NCBI RefSeq assembly: GCF_000315625.1
Contig: NW_005434635.1
Location: 310,001 to 374,000 of the forward strand
DNA length: 64,000 nt
Direction: 5' to 3'
DNA from: Guillardia theta CCMP2712
Taxonomy: Eukaryota > Protista > Cryptophyta
Positions 24,452 to 36,597 of the stretch are shown here, piece after piece (position 1 is the first letter of the stretch; every line of letters begins with the position of its first letter). The position numbers were made by a program, and so were the translations under genes. The notes under the pieces are model-generated. The model made no database searches and was not told the DNA's origin. It worked only from the letters and a program-made list of their open reading frames with translations.

Positions 24452-25012
24452 CATCGAGGGCCTGGGATACCTGATCGAGACATACCAACCAAGCGTCAAG
24501 TTGTAATGTTGCAGGAGGTCTTGGTAGGGAGGAGGAGGAAGGAGACAGCTCTCAGAACGATGATCAAGAAGGAATGGGGATGCTACCGAATGTTTATGAC
24601 GAAAGGCACGGGGGACGGGAGAAAGGGTAAGAGTGATCTTCGCCTTGTGATGCTAGCGCATGCTGACCTCCTCCCCCCCCCCCCCCCCCCCCTCCTCTAG
24701 CCGCCTCGAATGATGGCGGGGGAAGAGCGCGAAGTATGCAAAAAAATACAAGTTTTACAGATCGGGAAAAAAGAACCGATAATACGCATTTGTAATGTAC
24801 ATTTCCCTACAGCATCGAAGGAGGATGAGCAAGCCGACATGTGGAAAGCGCTGAGTCAGATGCTAAGGACAGATCCAAGCGTCAAGCTCAACATCGTCGG
24901 AGGCGACTTTAATGCATCTCGAAAACACCCTGAGATCCTCATGAGAGAAGGATACGGGAACATTACAACGCTTGGTTGGTATGTCTCGATCAGGTATCCC
25001 AGGCCCTCGATG
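24452..25012 (+). mobile_element. degenerate non-LTR retrotransposon APE-type endonuclease (EEP) fragment bracketed by an inverted duplication
   Basis: Motifs YLIETYQPS..MLQE, ICNVHFPT and IVGGDFNA. There is an in-frame stop after a poly-C run (24698-24700), and no RT domain follows. Confidence 0.7.
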
Positions 25013-25713
25013 ACCAGGCCCTCGATGATTATCACTGCGCCGGGTTCGATCACAAGTGCCGACATGGCCTTCAGTTCCATTGACTACTTCCATTCTCCGA
25101 TTTACAACTCCGACGATATTAAGGTTTGGTGTTACAGTACCGGGTTTTCAGCCGTAATGGCCATCATCGTCATTCGGCGCTCCATTGACTACTTCCATTT
25201 CGACAACTTCCTTTCATTGCCTTGTGTTTCTAACTCAGTAAAGAACTAGTCGTACTTCAGCTCCGATCTTGTCTCAAGTTCGACCATGCAGCACTACCTT
25301 CAAGTACATTATCAACTCCTTTTGGTATGATTGCCACTCACAAAGCAAGAAACAAAATTTCAATCATGTGGCATGTGGAGTGGCCGTTTCCATTATCCTC
25401 GCAACATTAAGCTAGCTTCAACCTGTTGAGTCGGGACGTGGTGAAAGGAACTGACAACCAAAAGTGAAACCCAACGTCAAGGATGAAGCTGCGAGCCCAA
25501 GAGCTACAAGTACATTCAAAGAGGCGAAACAACTTGGAACCAAAAGTTGGTATCAACATGACCGGGAATGAAATCATTTTTGCTGCAGATCCCTCAATCA
25601 GAACCCGCGTGCTTTGAGGACCTGTCTGAAAGTTCTACTTCCTTGTTTGTACTACTCATCAGTCGCTGGGCTGGAATCGAACCAGCCGATAGCACACCAG
25701 TGCCAGCAAAATA

Positions 25714-25728
25714 GGTGTTGAAAACACC
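25714..25728 (-). promoter_or_regulatory. histone mRNA 3' stem-loop-like element
   Basis: GGTGTT-TTC-AACACC on the sense strand, starting 37 nt after the H4 stop. Confidence 0.6.
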
Positions 25729-25764
25729 AGTACAGTCGAGGGCAATTCGATTTCGCGATCATGT

Positions 25765-26184
<420 letters not shown>

Positions 26185-27451
26185 TCATTTAGAACACCTG
26201 AAATGTGGGGTGGGGGTCATTCCCCCGGTGTTTGCCTCAGAATGCTTAATTGCCCCCGCGCTGTTGGCTGCCGATACCCTCGCAAGCCTGTGATAAGTTG
26301 CCCTCAGTGGTGGCTCTCATGATAGCGCCGGGCACACGCCAGCCTGATGAGAAGATCAATCATCACGATTCAGTGTACTAGAGTACAGGCTAGTCCGAGA
26401 GGCTGTCCGACATCCGACGATCACCCGGCGTGATCAGGTGTCACTGCTAGTAGCCTAGACTCGACGGTAGTCACGGTCAACGGGCCCACCAGGGCCCGGC
26501 CGGGCCCCGCCGGGAACTTGCCCCGTCACGTCAGTGATGGTTACTAGTTAGGACAAACTTTGAGAAAGGTGAGAAGAACCCTGATCCGCCGTCACCGTAC
26601 GGTATTTGAGACGTTCGAACAGATCTATCCTCAATGCCAGGAGCAATCATTGTCTGCCCCCAAGCTCGAAGCGAGCAGCATTGGCAAGCGGCAAACTTGA
26701 GCCGGGAGAGTCCCCTCCTAACTAACTTGTTGAATAAGCGAGCGGCGACCTGCATATTGCAGCCTGGCCCGATGGTGGACGGAGGCTACGGCACTGTAGG
26801 ATTATGTTGCGATCTCTAAGAGGGGTATCCGATTTGGCAGGGTTTAGGAGGGGGAGTCTGATCCGCCGGAGTCTGAGTCGATAGCGAAAGGACACGGCGG
26901 TTCCCCACTGTCACCAGTACCACTGCACAGTCGGAGATCGGACCGCAGTTCAGACGTTCTGTGACCGTGTTCGAGGCACTCCAGGCTCGGAGCTTGCAAA
27001 TGATGGGGAAGGTGAAGCATAGAGCCTCTGAGTTCAACGAGATCTCGAAATAGTCCTGCCCAATCCTCTCATTCCAGGTTCGTATGAGACAAAATCTCGA
27101 GTCGTGTTGAAGCCCCTAATCCTGACATATTTAAAGTCGCTCATCAGACTCTAGGACAGCTGTTTCTCGTCTCCTGTTGTATATATTGTCCGTGCATCGC
27201 TAGTGTACACTGATGATCATTCGCTTTCGCTGCAGTCGTCGGGCAGAAACAATGCTGCATCTGTACCCGCCATGATTCTACAACGTAACTTGAAGACGTG
27301 GCAGCATAGTTACAAGGCTCTCGAGTGTATTAATTAATATCTTACTGCCCTTATATGTTACACCATCTGCACCAGTATCCTATCTACACCTACTGTACAA
27401 TCCTTACACTTCTCAGCATCTCCTTACACTTCTCAGCATCTGCTGTGTCGT

Positions 27452-27718
27452 CTATGGACTCTTGTCGCATCCACCCCCTTGCCGGAGGTTGCCCTTTACC
27501 TTGTCTCTTGCTGCCAAGATACTCCCTAGAGCCATCCCGTTGGACACTCGTCTAGTCTGGGCGGTGTCTTCTTGCTTCCTGACGGGTCTGCTGGCGTACC
27601 AGACTTCCTTCTCTGGCAGGGACACCCAACTTGCTCGCCGGGCAGGCATCAAGAGCCCGTCGGGAGAGGCCTTGGGGGAGGGGGGCATGTTGTAGCGGAG
27701 GAAGGCTGTGTGGCACAT
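27452..27718 (-). CDS. hypothetical protein segment, paralog/repeat copy A (SLPEKExWY motif)
   Basis: ARRASWVSLPEKEVWYAS...LGSILAARD aligns with 28677-28937. Confidence 0.5.
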   Translation of the reverse strand: MCHTAFLRYNMPPSPKASPDGLLMPARRASWVSLPEKEVWYASRPVRKQEDTAQTRRVSNGMALGSILAARDKVKGNLRQGGGCDKSP

Positions 27719-28676
27719 GGAACGTGGGAGCAGGGAGGTGAGATCTGCGGGAGGGAAAGTGCGTTTATGTCATAGCGAAGAAGGCAGATCCGAGCAGGAA
27801 AAGAGCTCTTTTCGATCCTGAGTACAATGGGTATCTGAACCTGCAGGAAATGAAGTCTTTTCGGTATCAAATCCGTCCATTCGTATCTGAAACCCGTGAG
27901 AAAGAGTCTTTTCAGTATCAAGTCCGGGGAAAGTTGGTCCGAGTGGTGCATGCCAGGAACGTGCCTGGTAAAGAAGGAGTTGGAGGGCAGGTATTTCGTT
28001 TGGAAATGAACTGGGAACACTGTGACAGAAGACCATGGCACAACCGTGACCTGCTTCACGAAAATGATCTATTTCAAGACAGTATCGATATCCTTCCACC
28101 GTACCAACTGGCAAGGAGTCGCCGGTATGCGACAAGACTGTCTCGACTGTGAGACGACCCGGCAGATCGGATGGAGAAAAGCGGGCCGAAGCTTTTAGAC
28201 TAGTAGGTGTAGCTTGATAGCAGCGGCTCTGCGGCTAGGTACGGTTGGAAACGGCACAGAGATGATGTTACAACACTACTGAATATACAAAGAATCAAGC
28301 TGATGATATCCCTAACTTGAACCTTGTAACCATGGCCCCCACGGCGTCTTCATGCCAAGGTTACTCCTGGGCTGAGTGCAGAACAGGGACAGTCAAACGT
28401 GCGGCAGCTGGGCGTGATCGTTCCGAGGATGAGAGTAAGAAAGAGAGAGTGAGAAAGAGAGCCATGGGCACAACCTGTTGTGGAGTTGGTCGTGTGAAAA
28501 CAGAGAAAGCAGAGGAAAGAGCAGAAGAAAATGAAATAACCCCAGTGAACACGGATGTTTTATTCGGTTAGTCTTTCAGCTGTTGTCATCTGAATATCTT
28601 TTCTCGGCTCGCAGCTGGCCCTTTTCCTTCATGCCTGATCAATATTGAAGCTGTTTTTGTCTTTGTCCTCCATCTT

Positions 28677-28937
28677 CTAACGCAGAACTGTCCTTCTCGC
28701 TGCCAGAATGTTCTCTAGCACACTCCCCATATGACCGCAAGGCTTCTCTAGGCTTATCGTCCTCTTGACGGGAAGCCCGTGCGTTGAGCTTACAACAGGC
28801 TTCAACTTCTTACTCAAGTACCATTCCTCCTTCTCCGGTAGGGAGATCCATATAGCTCTCCTCGCTTGCAGTGGTCGGTCAGCGACAGCAGGGGGGTCGA
28901 GAGTAGCTGAACTATTTGTATGCAGCGTTGTGCTCAT
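28677..28937 (-). CDS. hypothetical protein segment, paralog/repeat copy B (SLPEKExWY motif)
   Basis: ARRAIWISLPEKEEWYLS...LENILAARR aligns with 27452-27718. Confidence 0.5.
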   Translation of the reverse strand: MSTTLHTNSSATLDPPAVADRPLQARRAIWISLPEKEEWYLSKKLKPVVSSTHGLPVKRTISLEKPCGHMGSVLENILAARRTVLR

Positions 28938-29444
28938 TCCTAGTGAGATGCTATGAAAGTCAGTCTGTCGCTACGAAACAGCTCTTTCTGTTCCGCGACG
29001 ATGCACTCTTTAAACCCAGGTTGTTCTCTTTTGTATCTTGCGACAGTAACTGGACAGTTTTTACCGATCTCGGTCGACAGCGGTAGGTGGGGAGTTGAGG
29101 AAGAGTCGGCGAGGGTTGGAACGAAAGAAGCTGCAGGGACAGGGACAGGGGCAGGGGCAGAAGGAGAAGCAGGGGCAGGGGCAAGGGGAGGGGAGGGGAG
29201 GAGGCAGTAGCAGGAAGGGGAGGAGGAATATTTGGAGCACTGATGAGCAGGTTATGATGACTTGGACCGTCGGAGAAGCGATGAAGCGGTGCGAGTGCAG
29301 GACGTCCGAGCAGCTCAGATATGATTGGGGACGAAAATTGCTTGTCACGTGTTCCTGGAGGGGGTTTAAAACAAGGAGAATAGGGGGGTAGGGGTGGTCC
29401 CCAAGGAAGAAGGTGGATATGGAAATCGGATATACTGCTCTGAG

Positions 29445-30185
29445 GCGGGTCCAGATCATGCCGTGACCGTCGGACCCGGCCCCCGGTGACCGTCGGAGCC
29501 TGGCCGCGCCGCCGCTCACCGGACCGGGTGACGGTGGCCGCCGAGTCTCCGAGTCGGATGCCCGCGACCGTACGGTACTCACACGGTACCGTCAGTGACA
29601 GGCTCTCGGACCGGCGGGCGGCCGCCCGGGCAGGCCGACCGTGGGCAGGCTCGGACTCGCCGGGGCGTGACTCGGACCGTGACGGGCCACTGCGCCGTGC
29701 CAGGCCCGGGCTCTGTACCGTGACGGTACTACGGTATGGTCAGTGATGGCACCGGCGGCCCGGCGCCCCGCCGCACTGCAGGCTCAGGGCCGACCCCCCG
29801 GTCCGACGGTCGGTCACGGTCAGTCACTGACACACTACACTGAGTGCCACCGTGGGCACTGAGATCACTGTCACCGTCACGGTCGGATGCCACATGACCG
29901 TGTCACTGTGTGACTCAGTGTTGATCGGACGGCATTGCGGCGGCTTGCCCGGCCCCCCGACCGGGCCGCCGTACCGTGAATGACCGTACGGCCCGGCCGG
30001 GCCATCATGTTGCGGCGCAGTGCCGGCCGCCGGGCCAAAGAGACTCCTGGCACTGCGGCAGGCAGCCATGGGAGGAATAGGGGTGGGTGAATCATTAGTC
30101 CTATACGGGGTGGGTTATTATGAGATGTAGGAGGGGTACTTGCACAATTAATATGGTACTTTAGAGTGTACGGGGTAGGGTGGGA
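29445..30185 (+). repeat. palindrome-rich GC island followed by GGGTA block, directly upstream of MRD1
   Basis: accgtacggt, acggtaccgt, cgggcggccgcccg and gtgac/gtcac words, then ggggtac...ggggtaggg ending about 15 nt before ATG 30196. Confidence 0.65.
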
Positions 30186-30195
30186 ACACGTGAAG

Positions 30196-30988
30196 ATGGT
30201 GGCGGGAGCAGGACGAACGCGGCTATGCGTGAAGGGACTGCCAGGTCACTTGAGCAAAGGTAAGAGAGGAGGAGAGGGGAGAGAAGGAGAGCAGAGCAGA
30301 GGAGAGCAGAGGAGAGCAGAATCGCAAGGATGCTCTACAACAAGTGGGGGAGGAAGGACGAGGAAGGGAAAGAGTTTGTCAGACTCTGTGAATGTGCTAG
30401 AAGAGACCACAGAGGAGGTGAGACAGAAAAGTGACATCACAGTCTTTATGACTGCGTGCATGGAGACTTGAACCGAGCTCGAGGACTCAGCGCCTCGATG
30501 GCCTCGCGTCGAGCGCTTGCAACTGTAGAGCAACAAGGGTCACTAGGAGTCTTTGAAAATCTGTCACAAAAAAATCGAGACTGATCTCGATCTCAAACGT
30601 CAGAGCGACTCCGCAAGCACTTTGAGGAGATAGCTGAAGTCACTGATGCAAGGATATGCACAACAAGGCAAGTTGTGCCGCTTACACCCGGTGTCCTCCA
30701 TCTGACCGCTGTACCAGTGATGGCAAATCAAGAAATTTTGGTTTCGTCGGGTTCAAGTCCGAGAAAGATGCTCACAAGGCCCTCAAGTACTTTCAAGATA
30801 CGTACATGTACGATGATGTCAGAGCTGTCAAGATCATTTATTGACGACTTGATACTCCTGCAGCGACACGTCAAAGATTACTGTCGAGTTCGCAAAGCCG
30901 GTTTGACGCTGTTTGATGCTCATTCTAGTTGTTGGTTCTTTTCCTGCTCATTTGCTATCTTATCGATGAAGATGAAGATGAAGATGAA

Positions 30989-31053
<65 letters not shown>

Positions 31054-34000
31054 TTGCTCATGGCCCTTGTCTTTGACTTTTCCTGCAGGTTGGTGACTCG
31101 TCGCTGTCACGGCCATGGAGTAAATACTCTGAGGGTAGCTCAGCCCATGATCGGTGAGTTTTGTGATTGCCAACACAACTGGGTGATCAAAACAAATCCA
31201 GCGTGACTAAGAAACACTCTTCTGCTGATGTTTCAGAGAACCCGACGAAACCAGAGAAGAAGGTGAGAACGTATTGAAGCTGTACTGCTGAAGCATGACA
31301 GTTTGAAAATAGTTGTCAAAGGAGGCACAATTGCTGCAGAAGGTTTTGCTGGACAAGATGCAAGGGATGCTGGTGTGACCTTCTCCTGACAGGCGAAGAC
31401 AGACCCTGAGATGAAGGCGTTTGTTGAGTCGTTCAAACCGAGATCGAAGACCAAGGTAAGAGAGCGAGGGAGCGGGGAGGAGAGATGCTGTGGGTTGACT
31501 CGCCCTTGTAGATCTGGGAGAATGACGACCCTCTCCTCGCTGCTGCGGAAGTCAAACAGGTCGGAACCACACGTTGGATGTGATTTTGCTGGCATGAGGG
31601 AAAGTAGACTTGTCTGTGTTGATCATGATTATAGAGGAGGAGTGGAAGATAGGAAGGAGGGGGAGGGGGAGGAGAACAAGCAGAGCAAGGGAGATGTATT
31701 TGAATATGTTGCTGGAGGGTGAAGAATGTCAACAGGTGGCAGTCAAATCAAAGAAGCCGGAGGGGAAGGAATCGTACATACGAGGACACACGTCAAGTTT
31801 GATGACAGCGAAGCTGGAACGAGCGATGAAGAGTATGAAGACGTACCGAAGAAGCAGGAGGATGGAGAGAAGGAGGACGGGGAGGGAGAGGCCAAGGGGG
31901 CAGGAAAGGATGCGAATCAGGCGTTCAACCCTGCTCTTGATGACATGGCATACTTGAAGGCCAAGGTAAGTTGGCGGTGAGGAGGGAGGGTGGGTGGAAG
32001 ACGAGATCAGGAGGGGAGAGGAGAAGAGAAAGTAAAGAGAGGGGAAGGGAGAGGAGGGGGCAGCGGAGCTGCGGGGGGATTCATTTGGATATATGTTCCG
32101 TCCATGACTTTTCTTCTGTCTTTCCAAAGATGAGCAGCAGCTGGAAAGATTCAGACGACGAGGTGAGGCGCCGCAGCGCTTGTGAAACATCCTGACGAAA
32201 GTTGTGATGTAGGATGAAGGAGCCTCTGAAGACGAGATGAGTGATGAAGGAGGGATGAAGAAAGTTTCTAAGGGCCGGGACGATGAAGAGGAACAGGAGG
32301 AGGACGAAGGCGGTGAGGAGGAGGATCAGGAGATGTCAGAAGGAGAAGGCAAAGATCGAAAGGAAGACCAGCCTGACATGTCTCATGTTACACAAGCAAC
32401 GAGGCAAGATGTTGAGCAAGACAAACGGGACGATGACGAAGATGATGAAGTGGAGGACGGGAGACTTTTTGTCAGGTGACGACACAGGATTGATTGAACG
32501 AATTGTGTGACGACCGGGTTTCAGAAATCTCCCATACTCAACGAGTGAGGAAGAGCTTACAGCCTTCTTCAGCAAGTTCGGGGAGCTGAGCGAAGTTCAC
32601 ATCTGCATCCACAACATCACAAAAGAGCCGACGGGGATGGCGTTTATCTTGTTCCTCATCCCTTCGGATGCTGACAAGCAAGGTGATGAGAAGGAGGGAG
32701 GGAGGGAGGGAGGGAGGCAGGGAGGGAGGGAGGGAGGGAGGGAGGGAAGCAGGGAGGAGGAGAAGGTGAATGGGAAGGTGGAGGAAGTGGGAGAGAGCAG
32801 GAAGAAGTGGGGTGATCGAGGTCTACCAGGGAAGCGACGGACAACAACTACTTTCAAGGAAGAGTCATCAACGTCCTCCCAGCAAAGCAGAGGAGGAAAG
32901 AGGAGGAGGAGCAGAAGAAGCTGGAGGCGGGGAAGGACGGGTCCTCCTACAAGGCAAAGAAGAAGGAGCAGCAGAAGAAAACTTCTGCCTCTTCGCACAA
33001 CTGGAACATGTTGTTCATGAGGTCTGACACAGTTGCTGAAGCTATCGCCAACAAACATCAGATGGACAAGGTGAGAACGATCGGAGATGCCATTGTGCTT
33101 GTTGTTGTTTGTTGTTGTTTGTTGTTGTTTGCTTCGTCCAGCCCTCTGAGTCAATGCTGAAACTGCTGAGTGCTCTTGCCGCCCTCCCTGCACCCTCCTC
33201 CTCCGCGACCTCCTTCTCCTCCTCCTCTTTTTCTGCCTCCTCCTCCTCCTTCACCTCCTCCGCCTTCAACCCCTCTCCTCTGACTTCCTTCACAGGCCCA
33301 ACTCTTGGACCACGAGTCTTCCTCCAGCATGGCCGTTCGCATGGCTCTGGGGGAGACTCATATCATAGAGACAACTAAGTCTGACCTGAGAGAAAACGGA
33401 GTGAATGTGTCTTGCCTCGAGGTAGCGTGGAACTTGTTTTTGGTCTCCTCTTTTTGCCTTGTTGAAGTTTTTCTGTTTGTCTTGGAAACATTCAGGTGGA
33501 GAAGAAGCCCAGGGACAGGTCGAACACAGCAATGCTGGTGAAAAACATTCCATTCAGGTGATACAATGGGAACATGGAGCGAGATGTGGGGCGAGGGGAA
33601 GGAGGAGGAGGGAGAGAGGGCGAAAAGAGGAATGAAAAACACGCTGGGGAAAAGCGATGGAGAGGAAACAGGCACCACCACCACCAGCAGCAGCAGCGGC
33701 ATTTCCATGCTAAACTTTGTTTGTCTTCCAGCACAACTCTACAAGAGTTAAGAGAGTTGTTCGAGAGATTCGGAGATGTCAGTCATGCTGTGCTCCCAAA
33801 GACAAAGGTCCTATATCAACCCCACTGCTCCTTCTAAAAACTCCTTCTCCTCTTTGATCTTTCCCTCCCCCCTCAACCCTCCTCCTTCTCCATCAAACCT
33901 CTTTGTCCTCGTCCTCCCCCCCCTTCGCCTCTTCCACTTTCCTCTTCTTCTGCAGTCTAACTTCTCAACAGACGATGGCGATCGTCGACTTCACTCATCC

Positions 34001-35978
34001 CTCGGAAGCTCGAAAAGCCTTCAAGTCTCTTGCTTACTCTCAAGTATGCCAACACTCCTCCTCTTGCTCCCTCTCCTCCTCCTCCTCCTCCTCCTCCTCC
34101 TCCTCCTCCTCCTCCTCCTCCTCCTCCTCCTCCTCCTCCTCCTCCTCCCCCCGCACTCCGCTCCTTCCCCCCCGCCCCCTTCTCCTGCTCCTCCTGCTCC
34201 TCCTCTTCCTCCCTTTACATCCTTACGTCAGTCCCACGTTCTTTGAATCCGCCTCTTTCTCCTTCTCCTCCTCCTCTCACTCTCTCGACAGTTCAAGCAC
34301 CAACCCATCTACCTCGAGTGGGCACCTGTCGACATTTTTCTGCCCGGGGCGCCGACGCTGTCCTCGGAAGGGGGCAAGAAGCAGCCCAAGGCAGTCGAGG
34401 AAGAAGGCAAGACCCAGGAGGGCGGCAAGGCAGGCAAGCAGGAGAAGCAGCAGGAGGAGAAATCTCCTGAGGGATCGGGGAGGACCCTGTACGTGAAGAA
34501 CCTCAACTTCAAGACCACGGAGGAGGCGCTGAAGGGGAAGATGGAAGGAGGAGGAGGGGAAGTGAAGGCGGTCAGGATCGTGACGAAGCCGAACCCTAAG
34601 GCAGGGAAGGACAGCAAGGAGCCTTCCCGTCTGTCCATGGGCTATGGCTTCGTCGAGTTCAAGCGGAGCAAGGACGCGAACGAAGCGCTGAGGTAGAAAA
34701 GAGGAGAGAGGGAGAACAAAGGAGGATCAGTATGAGAAGGCACAGACGACGAGAGAAAGGAATGAGAAGCGATTTGCAAGTGGGGTAGGGGTAGGACTCG
34801 AAGGAAATGGGGGATGGAGAAGGGGAGGTGGAGGAGGAGGAGGAGGAGGAGGAGGAGGAGGAGGAGGAAGGTGTGCTCGTGTGAGAGCGTTTGCAGGAAG
34901 CTGCAAGGAACGAAACTTGACGGGCATGTCCTACAGCTGAAGATGTCTTCAAGAGTGTCGGGTGAGATAGAAAACTCTCTCCTTCCATCTTCTGCCTCCT
35001 CTACCTCCCTCCTCCTCCTCCTCCTGTCCCCCTCTCCCCCTCTCTCTCCTCCCTTCCTGACTAGAACCCTCTTCCTTCTCCAGCGGACTCTTCAGCCGGA
35101 GAGGTCGACGTCACCAAGGACAACAGGAGCAGGGCAAAACCCAGCGACTCCCAGGCCCCCCAGGACTGCAGCAAGCTCGTCATCCGCAACGTCCCCTTCG
35201 AAGGTCAGGAGGAGGCGCGGGAGGGTCGAGGAGTGACGGCTGGTCAGCGAACAAGAAGGAGCTGCGAGACCTGCTGTCGTCGTTCGGGGAGCTGACGAGC
35301 CTGAGGCTGCCGAGCAAGTTCGACGGGAGCCATCGGGGCTTCGCGTTCGCGGAGTTCGTGACGCATCAGGAGGCGGCAGCGGCTAAGGACGCGCTAGGGG
35401 CGACACACTTGTATGGCAGACATCTCGTGATCGAGTGGGCGGAGGAGGAGCAGAGTCTTGAGGTGAGCGAAGGAGAGAGGGAGAGAGGGAGAGAGGGAGA
35501 GAGGGAGAGAGGGAGAGAGGGAGAGAGGGAGAGAGGGAGAGAGCGGAGAGAAGAGTAGAGGGGAGAGAAGGCAGAGAGGGGAGGTGGAGGGGTGCCGCGG
35601 AGTGAGACTGAGGGAGAGGAGGAGAGACGACTCAGACGAAGACCGGACTGGAAGGGCAGGAGCGAGTGGGGGCAGAGGGGAGAAGTGACGAAGGAGGCGG
35701 GGAGGAAGGGCAAGGAGGCGGAAGGAGAGGAGGGGAGAAGGAGCCCGGGGGCAAGGGGACGACGAAAGTTGATCATCCTGCTGCAGGCTGTGAGGAGGAA
35801 GACTGCTCGGTACTTCTCCAAGTTGTCGGAAGCCACAAGTCAGCAGGCAAGTGATGATGTTGCTCCGACCCACACGCTGAGAGGAGCCTGGGGGTTGCAG
35901 GGGACGGCCAAGAGGAGGAAGATCGAAGAGACGCTGGAGGAGAACGGAGAGATGGCGTTCGAGGAAGCCTTCGACTGA
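30196..35978 (+). CDS. MRD1: multiple RNA-binding domain protein 1 (MRD1/RBM19), 18S rRNA maturation factor
   Basis: Five RRMs: TRLCVKGLP...GKSRNFGFVGFK...RPWSKYS; GRLFVRNLPY; LVKNIPF; TLYVKNLNFKTT...LSMGYGFVEF; KLVIRNVPFE...HRGFAFAEF...THLYGRHLVIEWA. It also has HNWNMLFM and MAVRMALGETHII, typical of Mrd1. Confidence 0.95.
30966..31052. repeat. (GATGAA)n to (GATGAC)n hexamer microsatellite in MRD1 intron
   Basis: Visible tandem repeats. Confidence 0.95.
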
Positions 35979-36108
35979 GCTACCATTGTAGTGGAGGAAG
36001 ACTAGGAGAGATGGCGTTCGAGGAAGCCTTCGACTGAGCTACCATTGTAGTGTAGGAGAGATGGCGTTCGAGGAAGCCTTCGACTGAGCTGCCATTGTAG
36101 TGGAGGAG
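35946..36108 (+). repeat. three tandem copies of the MRD1 terminal codons, stop and start of 3' UTR
   Basis: ggagagatggcgttcgaggaagccttcgactgagct(a/g)ccattgtagtg at 35946, 36005 and 36055. Confidence 0.95.
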
Positions 36109-36597
36109 GAGGACTCCCCAGTTACTGAGCTGAGTCACCCTCGCTGAGGCTGGAGGGACAGGAGACTCGAGGGGACTCCGGGAGCGAAAAACTTTCACAC
36201 TGTTGCTGGTACATGTTGAGGTTCACGGTTGAATAAAAGAGACTCACTAGGCTCGGCCTGTCGTCCCGGCACTGATACCGTGCTCCCAGCTGCGGCAGTC
36301 ACCCGACTGACTGACATACTGGCTGACTGCCGCAGGCTTCACTGAGCCTTACAGGGCCCGGGCCAGATCGGACCCCCGGGGCCGTGATCATGTGACTCGA
36401 GCGACTCCTCCGACTGTTCCGAAAAAAAGAGCAGGTTGTGTACCGGGACCAAAAATGAAGGAGTCGAAACGCAGAGCTTTACTACATCATTCGTCTCATG
36501 GTAAAGTGAAGATCGCATCGTTTGAGATCTCAAACCGCTATCCCCCTTAACTTACACGAAGGAGCCCTGCGGCGCTTGTACACAGACAGACAAGCGC

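Noticed and set aside
24627-24700. Apparent intron (gtaaga...ctgac...poly-C...tag) inside the LINE endonuclease
   Set aside because: Splicing it shifts the frame. Unspliced, both halves are in the same frame with a single stop.
26531-27350. Short ORFs between H4 and the paralog pair
   Set aside because: No motif or consistent exon chain could be supported.
29061-30095. Arg/Pro/Gly-rich ORFs across GC islands (also 54019-54743 and 57118-57826)
   Set aside because: They are by-products of stop-poor GC-rich repeats.
35946-36108. CRISPR-like repeat-spacer pattern
   Set aside because: Eukaryotic context, the repeat is MRD1 coding sequence, spacers are very short and there are no cas genes.
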